DNA of 64,000 nucleotides, taken from assembly GCA_024405635.1 (NCBI GenBank), contig JAKSOL010000003.1, forward strand, positions 124,046-188,045, given 5' to 3'. Numbering within the stretch: the first letter of the stretch is position 1; each line of letters starts with the position of its first letter. The DNA comes from Salinivirgaceae bacterium (GTDB taxonomy: Bacteria; Bacteroidota; Bacteroidia; Bacteroidales; SZUA-534). Shown piece after piece: positions 10,729 to 19,813 of this stretch. The position numbers and the translations under genes are program-made. A model generated the notes under the pieces. The model searched no databases and had not been told where the DNA came from. It saw only the letters and a program-made list of their open reading frames with translations.

Positions 10729-11769
10729 CTAGTTCTCTTTGTTAATCAATTTGTTGTAAACATTGATTTTTGCTTGGTTGCGTAGTTTTTCTTGCAATTG
10801 TTTTGTTGGTAATTTTTTCTTTGCTGATAATTTTTTCGTAGGAGTTAGATTGTTTGTTGCTCGTGCGTAATCAAATTCATAGTCTAGCTCGTATGCAACT
10901 GTATTGTCGTCGTTTAATTCAATGTCCCAATCGTAGCTATTTGATTCGTTCAATGGTCCACTTTCATCAATGCCTGTAGTTTTGTATGAGTATTTCATTG
11001 GGAGTTTACTTGTTCCCTTTCCAATTAATCCAACCATTTGTAATTCAGTTAGATAATATATGTTACATATCTCGTTTAGTGCAAATGTGTTTTGATAAAG
11101 AGGATTTTGACCATTGTATGTTAGTGTTGCGGTTCTTTTTGTTTTGTATTTGCCGTTGGTTGCTTCTGATGTTGACGAAACTGCACAACCGTTTTCCCAG
11201 TTGATATTTGTATTGATGGTTATGGTTTCGTTTTGTGTTACTCCCATATATGAACCGCTAATTTTGTATTTTTCTACAATAGCTACAAGGTTTTTGTTGC
11301 TGTTGTATGAAAGACTATAATTGTCTGATATAGTTGCAGTTATCTTTTCTCCATGGTATTCTTCAACTATTTTTTCTTCTATTGTTATTTTGCTTAAAAA
11401 TCCATTGCTGTTAAACTCTGGCAATACTTTAATTGTAGATATGTCTGTGTCTTCTTCGTCGTATATGTCTTCAACAACGCTGATTTTTGTTTTGTTGCCC
11501 GAATAATTGAATTTGCCAATAAAGATAGTTTCGCTCATTGTTGAAGCCCAAAATTCGTCAAGTGAGCCATCGTTGTTGTAATAGTAATTAGCGTAATTGT
11601 AGTCGTCTTCGTAGTTGTATATGTTTAATAGCAAATTGTTACCCAAATTAACATTATTGCTAATCTGGTTTCTAATTTCAGATGCATCAATTGTGTTTGA
11701 ATCTTCTTTGTTGCATGCTGCAAATAGCATTGCAAAAGCAACTAATAACAAAGTTTTTTTTGTTCCCAT
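10729..11769 (-). CDS. Hypothetical lipoprotein, beta-rich (DUF4595-like)
   Basis: Lipobox LFAAC followed by NKED; Tyr/Thr-rich beta strands. Confidence 0.65.
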   Translation of the reverse strand: MGTKKTLLLVAFAMLFAACNKEDSNTIDASEIRNQISNNVNLGNNLLLNIYNYEDDYNYANYYYNNDGSLDEFWASTMSETIFIGKFNYSGNKTKISVVEDIYDEEDTDISTIKVLPEFNSNGFLSKITIEEKIVEEYHGEKITATISDNYSLSYNSNKNLVAIVEKYKISGSYMGVTQNETITINTNINWENGCAVSSTSEATNGKYKTKRTATLTYNGQNPLYQNTFALNEICNIYYLTELQMVGLIGKGTSKLPMKYSYKTTGIDESGPLNESNSYDWDIELNDDNTVAYELDYEFDYARATNNLTPTKKLSAKKKLPTKQLQEKLRNQAKINVYNKLINKEN

Positions 11770-11800
11770 TTTATTGCTTGTACTAGAGGTTTAACGTGTT

Positions 11801-13234
11801 TTATTTTTTGTCTTTTGGACCGCTTGATCCAACCATTATATTCATGCCAAATGCCATGCTAAAGTTGTTGAAGCTATAAGGCGCGTTTATTTTCGATATT
11901 GATTTGGTTTCAGATTCAGGCAAAATGTATGAGCGATAGGTTAGCGGAATGTTATCTATTACTGTATATAGTTGCAAAACTTTTAGGTTTATTGACATTC
12001 CCATACTTGCGGTAAGTGCACCTTTTATGCTATAGTTGAATCCTGTTGTGGCCGAAAACCAATCGTGACGTGGATTAAAGTTTGCTGAAACACTGAATTG
12101 TTGGTCGATGCTTGGTTTGGAGAATTTTGTTGCAGATAAAATACCAACGCTAAAACATCTGCATGGTTTATATTCAGAACCAATAAGCAACGATGGTGTG
12201 AGGGCGGTTGCGTATGTTTTGTGCCCGGGTTTGGGTTTTATTTGTGTTTGAATTGAGTCGGCAATGTTTTCAAATGAATTAACCACGTTGTCGCGAATAT
12301 CGTTGAGTGAACTTGTTTCGCAGTGGATACCTGTGTAGGTGTATTTGCCTTTCATTGTTATGTTGTTGGTTTGTCGCGCCCACACTACAAAACCAATATT
12401 GTTTAGTGCTGCCGATATGCTTAGTTTTTCGTTTATATCGTATTGGGTACCAAAATCGAATCCCCAACCAGGATTTCGCAAGCTAGGAATGAATGATTTT
12501 ACACTACTATTAATGGTAATGCTATCAATTAATGCCATTTCGCCGTTTTCGTCGGTAATGTCAATAGGTAGGGCAACGTCAACTTTTCCATCAAGTTTAA
12601 GTTCCCATTTGTCTTTGCTAGTGTATAAGTCGAGTTGGTTAAACTTGGTTCTAATATCGGTTATACCCAAAATTTGTTTTGCGCGCACGCCTGCGGTCAA
12701 GTTGTCGGTTAGTTTTGCCGATAATGCAGCCGAAAGGTCTGTGTAAATCAAAGTGTTGAATCGAAGATCTTTGAAGCTAAGGTTTGATCCGTCGGGTAGG
12801 CCGCGGTCTATTAACTTAAATGCGTCGGAGGGAATGTTTGAGCGTAGGTCGATGTGTGCGTCATACGAAATGGTGATGTATGCTTTGCCTAGTCGAAAAC
12901 CTCCGCTTAACAAACTTGTGCTAAAGTCGTTGTTTAGACTAAAACCATGTTTGTATTTGCTGTATAGTTGATTGTATTCGAATTCTTTTTGTAAAAAAGT
13001 GTAGGTTAATCCATTTTTTTCTTGGAACAGGTTTTTTACATTGAAATTGGTGTGTAGGTTTTCGTAAAAATTAAGAACAGGAATTCCAACAAATATATTT
13101 GTGCGAGGTTGTAGTGCTGGATTGAGTTTTGTGCTTTGTGGCACATTCTCCATAAAATATAGCGATGTTGATGTTTGAGCTATTGCCCCAAAAAACAACG
13201 ATGCGAACAATATTGAAAGAACTATTTTTTTCAT
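11801..13234 (-). CDS. DUF5723-like outer-membrane beta-barrel protein
   Basis: Signal peptide, LYFMENVPQ..LNPA N-terminus, GWGFDFG.QY and alternating beta strands. Confidence 0.7.
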   Translation of the reverse strand: MKKIVLSILFASLFFGAIAQTSTSLYFMENVPQSTKLNPALQPRTNIFVGIPVLNFYENLHTNFNVKNLFQEKNGLTYTFLQKEFEYNQLYSKYKHGFSLNNDFSTSLLSGGFRLGKAYITISYDAHIDLRSNIPSDAFKLIDRGLPDGSNLSFKDLRFNTLIYTDLSAALSAKLTDNLTAGVRAKQILGITDIRTKFNQLDLYTSKDKWELKLDGKVDVALPIDITDENGEMALIDSITINSSVKSFIPSLRNPGWGFDFGTQYDINEKLSISAALNNIGFVVWARQTNNITMKGKYTYTGIHCETSSLNDIRDNVVNSFENIADSIQTQIKPKPGHKTYATALTPSLLIGSEYKPCRCFSVGILSATKFSKPSIDQQFSVSANFNPRHDWFSATTGFNYSIKGALTASMGMSINLKVLQLYTVIDNIPLTYRSYILPESETKSISKINAPYSFNNFSMAFGMNIMVGSSGPKDKK

Positions 13235-13237
13235 TGT

Positions 13238-14854
13238 TTATTGGTTTATTAGGTTAGAGTTACTTTTTGCTTCAACGGCCATACTTATATTTAAATAGTA
13301 GTCTTTGTACAAAGGAATGAAGTTGTTGCCAGCGGTTTCGCTTGTTGTGGCTCTCGATTTTAACACAATATGTGTAACATTTGAGTTTAGACACTTTGTG
13401 GCTCGAGGGTTGTCAAGTGCAATGTTGAATGTGTTGTGGGCTGGTTGGTTGGCTATCATATTGTTGTTTAGTTTGCAGCCTTTCCAAAGCGGGGCGGATG
13501 TGTTCATTAGCGAGTCAACAATTTTACCATCTTCAGACATAAGGTAAGCTTGTGAGTACACATCAAGTGGAATTAGGTTTTCGGTGTTGAATACAAATAT
13601 TAGCGAGTCAATGGCTTCTATTGTACTATTGCTTAATTGCGACGATAGGTTAAAGTTGATGGTATCGAAACGCAGTAAATGGTTTATTCTTAAATATATG
13701 GGAACGTTTACTTCGCTCACTACACTCATTTTGTTGGTTTTGGTTATAAAGTTTTCGTCTTTTTCGCCGTCGGGATTGGTTTCAATGTTAATTGTGTGAG
13801 AAAAATGGTTTGGAAAAAGGTTAATAACTTGCTGTATGGTTGAGTTTGTTGAGTCGAATGTAAATTTGTTGTGCTTTGGCTCAAGGTTGTTCAAACTTAA
13901 GTTTGTTGAGTAAGGTATTTGTTCAATTTTAAGCGAATTGTCAATGTTGAATACCAACGGGGTGGAATCGTCTTTACAATGAAAATGCATGTCGGTTACG
14001 CTTACCTTGTATGGTATGCCGGTGTGGTTTAGTACATCAATATTTACACAAGCCCCAGCAAATTCAATTTCGTTAGGAATGTCGTAGTCTTTAAAAAATA
14101 CTATTGAGCGATTGTTTTTTTGCGATAGTACAATGTTTTTACCCAAGTAGCCGTATGCAACTTGTGGAATTAGTTTTTCGGCAACAAGGTTAAAGTTAAA
14201 TTGTTGTGTTTCGTTAGAAAGGGCGGTACCTTTTATTGTAACGTTAATAGAGATGCTACTGCCGCTGCTTGTAATATCGGGGTAAATTGTGTAGCCAGTT
14301 AAGTTGGCTTGTGACGAGTAACCATCGGTTAAAGGCCATGATAGGGTGAAAGGCTCGCCATTGCGGCGAATGTTTTTTATTTCTAGTATTCCGTTTCCAC
14401 TTATTTGTAGAGAAGAAATGTTTAAGACGATGGGCATGCTGTCAATAACTATTGAATCGATGCGCTGATTGTTGTCGGTTGTAATTGCTTGGGTAATAGT
14501 AAACGACAAGTCGGCATCTTTGCCTTTTACAAGCGACACGCTATTGTTTTGTTTGCAACTAATGTTGTTTAAGTCCAAAACTTGTTCCCAACCAATTTCG
14601 CTAGTGTCGCGGTAATACACATGTAGCAAACCATTGTTGTTTGCACGTAAAACGCTACTGCTGTCTTTTGCAAAATGATTGAACAAAGCATTTACGTCGA
14701 GTTGAGTTGTGAATATTGGCGCGGCAATTTCAAGCGGGCGCGAGTATTCGTTGTAACCAGGAGCTAGAATGGCATCGTCTTTATGGCAACTATGCATAAG
14801 CAAACAAGTTGCTGGCAATGCAATCATCAGTTTTAGTATGTTATGTTTATTCAT
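13238..14854 (-). CDS. Hypothetical lipoprotein, likely partner of the DUF5723 barrel
   Basis: Lipobox LMHSC; 3-nt gap to the next gene. Confidence 0.65.
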   Translation of the reverse strand: MNKHNILKLMIALPATCLLMHSCHKDDAILAPGYNEYSRPLEIAAPIFTTQLDVNALFNHFAKDSSSVLRANNNGLLHVYYRDTSEIGWEQVLDLNNISCKQNNSVSLVKGKDADLSFTITQAITTDNNQRIDSIVIDSMPIVLNISSLQISGNGILEIKNIRRNGEPFTLSWPLTDGYSSQANLTGYTIYPDITSSGSSISINVTIKGTALSNETQQFNFNLVAEKLIPQVAYGYLGKNIVLSQKNNRSIVFFKDYDIPNEIEFAGACVNIDVLNHTGIPYKVSVTDMHFHCKDDSTPLVFNIDNSLKIEQIPYSTNLSLNNLEPKHNKFTFDSTNSTIQQVINLFPNHFSHTINIETNPDGEKDENFITKTNKMSVVSEVNVPIYLRINHLLRFDTINFNLSSQLSNSTIEAIDSLIFVFNTENLIPLDVYSQAYLMSEDGKIVDSLMNTSAPLWKGCKLNNNMIANQPAHNTFNIALDNPRATKCLNSNVTHIVLKSRATTSETAGNNFIPLYKDYYLNISMAVEAKSNSNLINQ

Positions 14855-15140
14855 TTGACAATTTGTTATTTATGGTAAATAGTAATTGTTGTTCTTTCTT
14901 AAAATACAATTTACAAAAATAACTAAAGTATAGATATTGTAAATGATGTTTTGATAGACGATAAAATATGAAGAGAGGTTGCTTGGGGTTACTAATAATA
15001 ATGGTAGCCGCAATTAAATATTCCGAAACCTGAAAGCAATTTTAAAACAACTCAGAAAAAATAGTGTCGATTATTTGTTTGATATTCATGTGGTTGGCGA
15101 TGTTGAATGAAAAAATGTTGAATTTTTTTAACTATAACAC

Positions 15141-15170
15141 TTGCAGATAACCAAAAAAGCACTACTTTTG
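15141..15170 (+). promoter_or_regulatory. Bacteroidetes sigma70 promoter of tRNA-Asp
   Basis: TTG at 15141 and TACTTTTG (TAnnTTTG) at 15163-15170. Confidence 0.7.
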
Positions 15171-15205
15171 CATCGCTTTTGAGACATAAAGCAAGTTCTA
15201 AAAAT

Positions 15206-15279
15206 GGTGCGGTAGTTCAGTTGGTTAGAATATCGGCCTGTCACGCCGGGGGTCGCGAGTTCGAGTCTCGTCCGCACCG
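15206..15279 (+). tRNA. tRNA-Asp(GTC), CCA not encoded
   Basis: Acceptor GGTGCGG/CCGCACC, D-arm GTTCAGTTGGTTAGAAT, anticodon loop CTGTCAC, T-loop TTCGAGT. Confidence 0.97.
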
Positions 15280-15280
15280 C

Positions 15281-15312
15281 AAAGCACTCAAGCAATTGGG
15301 TGCTTTTTTTTT
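15281..15312 (+). terminator. tRNA terminator
   Basis: AAAGCACTCAA/TTGGGTGCTTT stem followed by a long T run. Confidence 0.75.
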
Positions 15313-15496
15313 GCTCACACTTTTCGTGGTGCGTGCTATTTTTTTTGCCGTTTGCTTTTTTGTAAATTGTTGTTTTGCTGAAGATTACAATGTGTTTACA
15401 ATTAACGATAATTACTTTTTATAAAGTTATTCACTACACATATTTGCTACTGTCATTTATCTAAATTTGCCAATTATTATTTAAAAACGAATTGTT

Positions 15497-17293
15497 GTGC
15501 AAGAGAAAATAATTGTATTGGATTTTGGTGGACAATATGCTCACCTTATTGCAAACAGAGTGCGCCGTTTGGGCGTTTTTACTGAAATTTGTTCTCCAAC
15601 AGCACCAGTTAGCGAACTGGTAGGAGCAAAGGGCATTATATATAGTGGTGGTCCTTCAAGTGTTTATGCTGAAGATGCACCAGAGTATAATCCTGAAATT
15701 TTGGACATTCCTGTGCCAAAATTGGGAATTTGTTATGGTCACCAACTTATGGCATCGCAGCTTGGTGGTTCGGTTCGACCAGGAAAAGTAAAGGAGTATG
15801 GCATTGCCGATCTTTTGCTAACAGAACCACAACATCCGCTTTTGAAAGATATTCCTGCATCGTCGCCAATGTGGATGAGTCATGGCGATGCTGTTGAAAA
15901 ATTGCCAGAGGGTTACAAAATTATTGCATCGACTAAAGATTGCCCAATTGCCGCTGTTGCACTTGATAGTCGAAAAATATATGGAATTCAGTTCCATCCC
16001 GAAGTAACTCACAGCAAATATGGCATGAAGATTCTTGATAACTTTATTGACATCTGTGGCTGCCAACGTACTTGGAACATGAAGAGCTACATGCCGCTTA
16101 TTTCCGAAAAAATTAAAAACGAAGTTGGCAATCGCAAAGTGTTCTTGCTTGTTTCGGGAGGTGTTGATAGTACAGTTGCTTTTGTGCTCCTAAACAAAGT
16201 GCTTGGAACCGACCGTGTTCTTGGCCTTCATATCGACAACGGTATGATGCGTATGGACGAGAGCCAAAAGATTATTGAGTTTCTTAACGCTTCGGGTATG
16301 AACAATCTTCGCGTTGTTGATGCAACCGATTCATTCCTTGGTCGTCTTGAGGGAATTACCGCTCCAGAAGAAAAGCGCAAGCGCATTGGTGCAACATTCC
16401 TTGTTGTTAAAGATGAGGAAATGGCTAAACTGAACCTCGATCCAAAAGAGTGGATGATTGCTCAAGGAACTATTTATCCTGATACTATTGAAAGTGGCGG
16501 CACAAAGAATGCCGACCTAATTAAAACCCACCACAACCGTGTGCAAGAGGTGATGGACTTAATGGCACAAGGACTTCTTCTTGAGCCACTTGCCGACCTT
16601 TACAAAGACGAGGTTCGTATGCTTGGCGAGGAACTTGGCATTCCTCACAATCTTGTATGGCGCCACCCATTTCCAGGCCCAGGCCTTGGCGTGCGCATGC
16701 TTTGCACCGATGGCAAAGGCGAATTTGCAACCAATGCCGAAGTGGCAGGTTTGGCCGAGTATTTGAAAGAAAACAACATTGAAGGCAAAGTGTTGCCAAT
16801 TAAGAGTGTTGGCGTGCAAGGCGACGGCCGCACATACGCGCAACCATTTTTGCTAACAACCAAAAACCTAACATGGAAGCAATGTGAGAAATTTAGCACC
16901 GAATTGGTAAACCGTTTTAAGGTGATAAACCGTGTTATTTGGCAAGTTGGCTCGGTAAGCGACGATGATCCAAAACTTGTTGAGCAATATGCAACCAAAG
17001 ACAAGTTCGACACCTTGCGCAAGTTTGACAACATTTGCACCGAGTTTTTGCAAGAGAACAACTTGTACGAGTCAATTTGGCAAATGCCAGTTGTGTTGGT
17101 TCCGCTTACAGTACAAGACAAACCTTGCATTGTGATGCGTCCAGTAAACAGCTCGGAGGCTATGACAGCCAACTTTGCCGAGATTGACCAAAAACTTCTT
17201 GAAGGACTTTGGGGCCGCTTTGTAGCCGAAGGCGCAGGTTCGCTTTGGTACGATGTTACCCACAAGCCTCCAGGCACTATTGAGTGGGAATAG
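15497..17293 (+). CDS. guaA: GMP synthase (glutamine-hydrolysing), long 598-aa form
   Basis: LDFGGQY, GICYGHQ, QFHPEV, SGGVDS, IKTHHN, HPFPGPGLG, KPPGTIEWE. Confidence 0.97.
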   Translation: MQEKIIVLDFGGQYAHLIANRVRRLGVFTEICSPTAPVSELVGAKGIIYSGGPSSVYAEDAPEYNPEILDIPVPKLGICYGHQLMASQLGGSVRPGKVKEYGIADLLLTEPQHPLLKDIPASSPMWMSHGDAVEKLPEGYKIIASTKDCPIAAVALDSRKIYGIQFHPEVTHSKYGMKILDNFIDICGCQRTWNMKSYMPLISEKIKNEVGNRKVFLLVSGGVDSTVAFVLLNKVLGTDRVLGLHIDNGMMRMDESQKIIEFLNASGMNNLRVVDATDSFLGRLEGITAPEEKRKRIGATFLVVKDEEMAKLNLDPKEWMIAQGTIYPDTIESGGTKNADLIKTHHNRVQEVMDLMAQGLLLEPLADLYKDEVRMLGEELGIPHNLVWRHPFPGPGLGVRMLCTDGKGEFATNAEVAGLAEYLKENNIEGKVLPIKSVGVQGDGRTYAQPFLLTTKNLTWKQCEKFSTELVNRFKVINRVIWQVGSVSDDDPKLVEQYATKDKFDTLRKFDNICTEFLQENNLYESIWQMPVVLVPLTVQDKPCIVMRPVNSSEAMTANFAEIDQKLLEGLWGRFVAEGAGSLWYDVTHKPPGTIEWE

Positions 17294-17305
17294 AAGATTT
17301 GTGAT

Positions 17306-17331
17306 ATAGAGGCGCCGAAAGGGGCCTCTAT
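17306..17331 (+). terminator. Hairpin after guaA
   Basis: ATAGAGGC...GCCTCTAT stem with GAAA loop; weak U tail. Confidence 0.55.
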
Positions 17332-17373
17332 TCGTATTTTGGGGGAATTGCAGAACGAAAAACATAACCAACT

Positions 17374-17448
17374 ATGGTAAGCAAATACAAAATAAATCTC
17401 CCCACAGAAAACGAATTACAAGATTATTTGTCGAAAATTGAAATATAA
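17374..17448 (+). pseudogene. Short relic resembling the C-terminus of a DUF1016/YhcG PD-(D/E)XK protein
   Basis: (PT)MVSKYKINLPTENELQDYL resembles my recollection of the SKYxxxLPxxxEL end of DUF1016 proteins; an in-frame stop lies just upstream. Confidence 0.35.
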
Positions 17449-17536
17449 ACAAATGAAAATTAAAGAATTAAAGTAATAAATAGAAATAATTTTAGACTAA
17501 CATATTATTAATCATAGCGTTTGCTATTTGTTCCAT

Positions 17537-17726
17537 CGAACTGAAACGTAGGAAATTTCAAAACTGATGAAGGAATAAAGACAAAAGTGCAAACGTCCGT
17601 CATAGGCGGGCGTCTCTTGTCGTTCCTTCTGGTTTCCTACGACCACAGTTCGGGCAGGTTTCGCCCGTTCTTTATGTCGTAGGTTGTAAGAAGGACATTG
17701 GCAATTCGCTTAATAGCAAGTTGCCA
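17537..17726 (+). promoter_or_regulatory. Structured leader upstream of the R-M gene (candidate cis-regulatory RNA)
   Basis: Five nested helices with G-U pairs, plus an alternative set of pairings; see findings. Confidence 0.55.
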
Positions 17727-19786
17727 TGGCGAAAAGTATTGAAGAAAAAATCGAGGATATTGCTAAAAAGCAACTCGACAGATTTGGTGTGAAGTATCAC
17801 ATAAAGACGGACAACATAAATAGCGAGATTGACAATGCTCTGCAAAGCGCAAAGTCAAAGTCGGGAAATGATGGAGGTAACTATCCCGACATCAAGTGTC
17901 TGATTCAGTTACCACAAAGTCAGAAGTTTGTTCCTGTAATGATAGAGGTTAAAGGAACAAAGGGAGATTTCGCAAAAATCGAGGATGGAGAGGTCGCCAA
18001 TTATGACGATAACGGCAAACCTATTTATAAACACATTAAGAAGTACGCTGTGAATGGGGCCGTGCATTATTCGGAAGCCATAGCAAAAATCACTAAATCA
18101 TATAGCGATGTTATAGCCATCGGATTCAACGGCTTTGATGCGTCGGGAAATGCTGAGCCGACAACAGAAATGGGTGTATATTATGTGAGCAAATCGAACA
18201 TGTATTGCCCCAAGAAGGTGGGAGATTACAGCGATTTCTCTTTCTTGAAGGCAGAAAATGGCTCGATTTTAGAGGAAAGGCTTAACGCCATACTGCTTTC
18301 TGACGAGGAAAAGGAACGCCAAACTCGTGAGTTGGAGGATAGAATTGAAAATACCCTTGCCGAACTTAATCAGGATATGCGAGACAAGATGCGTGTGTCG
18401 GAGCCTAAAGATCGATTGAAGTTGGTGTGTGCTTTGATAATGGCAGCTCTTGGCGTGGAAGGGAAAATTCCGCCTCTTGAAATTGCCGATTTAAGAGGTT
18501 TACAAACCGAAGATGACCACGATGGAGCTATTATTTTGCGAAAGATAAAAGTGTTTTTGAACGAAAAACATATACCACAAGAAAAGCTCGACAATATATA
18601 TTCGCTCTATAAAGGAATACTGAACGACGCTCTTTATTATCGGGCAATAAACGGCGAAAGCACGATAAAGACAGCCTTTATTTATGTGAAGGAAGAAATT
18701 ATGCCAATCTTTACTATGGGAGAGGAAGTGCATATTGATTTTACTGGAAAACTGCTCAATGTGTTGACAGGTTGGATTACGGAGCGTGCAAGTGATGATG
18801 AAAGAAATGATGTTGTGCTTACTCCTCGATATGTTACCGAACTGATGGCAAAGCTATGCAAAGTGAACAAGGATAGTTATGTTTGGGACTGGGCGACTGG
18901 CAGTGCTGGTTTTCTTGTCTCTGCTATGAAGTTGATGATTGACGATGCCAACAAAACAATCCAAAGCGAAGATGAGCGAAAAGCAAAGATTGCAAAGATA
19001 AAAGTGGATCAGCTGCTTGGTATAGAGCTTAGGCAGGATATTTATGTTCTTGCCGTGCTTAATATGATTCTGATGAAAGATGGTTCAAGCCACATCTTGA
19101 ATAAGGATTCGCTAAATGAATACAACGGAAAATATGAGCAGGGAAAAAATAAAGATGATGAGTTCCCTGCCGATGTGTTCCTATTAAATCCTCCCTATTC
19201 GGCGGAAGGTAAAGGTTTTGTCTTTGTAGAAAAGGCTTTGAATCGAATGAACAAAGGTCGTGCGGCTGTGATTATTCAGGAAAATGCAGGAGGTGGCAAA
19301 GGCGATGGCTTTACTAAAAACATTTTGAAGCATAGCACATTGTTGGCTTCCATTCGTATGCCAATAGATTTGTTTATAGGCAAATCGAGTGTGCAGACTG
19401 CAATCTATTTGTTCGAGGTGGGGACACCACATGATACAGAGAGTCTTGTTACATTTGTAGATTTTAGTAATGATGGTTATGCCCGACAGAACCGCAAGAA
19501 ATCAAACTCTAAAGTGAATTTGAAAGATGTGGATCATGTAAAGGAACGCTATGCAGAGTTGGTGGATATTGTACTTAATCGTAAGACAAAGACAAACTAT
19601 TACACTGAGGCGAACGGACTTGTGGTGAAAGATTCCATTTCGCTCGAAGGCAACGATTGGACATTCAATCAGCATCGCAAGATTGACACTATGCCAACCG
19701 AAGCAGATTTCCGCAAGACTGTTTCAGACTATTTGAGTTGGAAACTCTCAACCATCATTAAGGAGGACGCTGCAAATTTTCAGTAA
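17726..19786 (+). CDS. Fused restriction endonuclease / N6-adenine methyltransferase (BcgIA-like, Type IIB/IIG)
   Basis: N-terminal PD...IEVK nuclease motif; VVLTPRYV, DWATGSAGFL (motif I) and NPPY (motif IV). Confidence 0.9.
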   Translation: MAKSIEEKIEDIAKKQLDRFGVKYHIKTDNINSEIDNALQSAKSKSGNDGGNYPDIKCLIQLPQSQKFVPVMIEVKGTKGDFAKIEDGEVANYDDNGKPIYKHIKKYAVNGAVHYSEAIAKITKSYSDVIAIGFNGFDASGNAEPTTEMGVYYVSKSNMYCPKKVGDYSDFSFLKAENGSILEERLNAILLSDEEKERQTRELEDRIENTLAELNQDMRDKMRVSEPKDRLKLVCALIMAALGVEGKIPPLEIADLRGLQTEDDHDGAIILRKIKVFLNEKHIPQEKLDNIYSLYKGILNDALYYRAINGESTIKTAFIYVKEEIMPIFTMGEEVHIDFTGKLLNVLTGWITERASDDERNDVVLTPRYVTELMAKLCKVNKDSYVWDWATGSAGFLVSAMKLMIDDANKTIQSEDERKAKIAKIKVDQLLGIELRQDIYVLAVLNMILMKDGSSHILNKDSLNEYNGKYEQGKNKDDEFPADVFLLNPPYSAEGKGFVFVEKALNRMNKGRAAVIIQENAGGGKGDGFTKNILKHSTLLASIRMPIDLFIGKSSVQTAIYLFEVGTPHDTESLVTFVDFSNDGYARQNRKKSNSKVNLKDVDHVKERYAELVDIVLNRKTKTNYYTEANGLVVKDSISLEGNDWTFNQHRKIDTMPTEADFRKTVSDYLSWKLSTIIKEDAANFQ

Positions 19787-19813
19787 GCCCTCGTTTGACA
19801 AAACTCAAAGAGG
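19761..19813 (+). promoter_or_regulatory. Putative -1 programmed ribosomal frameshift signal
   Basis: AGGAGG (19761-66), in-frame A_AAT_TTT (19774-80), hairpin CCTC-G-TTTGA/TCAAA-GAGG (19789-19813). Confidence 0.6.

Noticed and set aside
15179-15424. 81-aa ORF
   Set aside because: Overlaps tRNA-Asp and its terminator.
15206-15500. tRNA-Asp as an occupied integration site
   Set aside because: No duplicated tRNA 3' end or integrase seen in the window.
16645-17277. 210-aa antisense ORF in guaA, and similar shadow ORFs in glyA, pgm, rpsA and proC
   Set aside because: Antisense shadows of codon-biased genes with no motifs.
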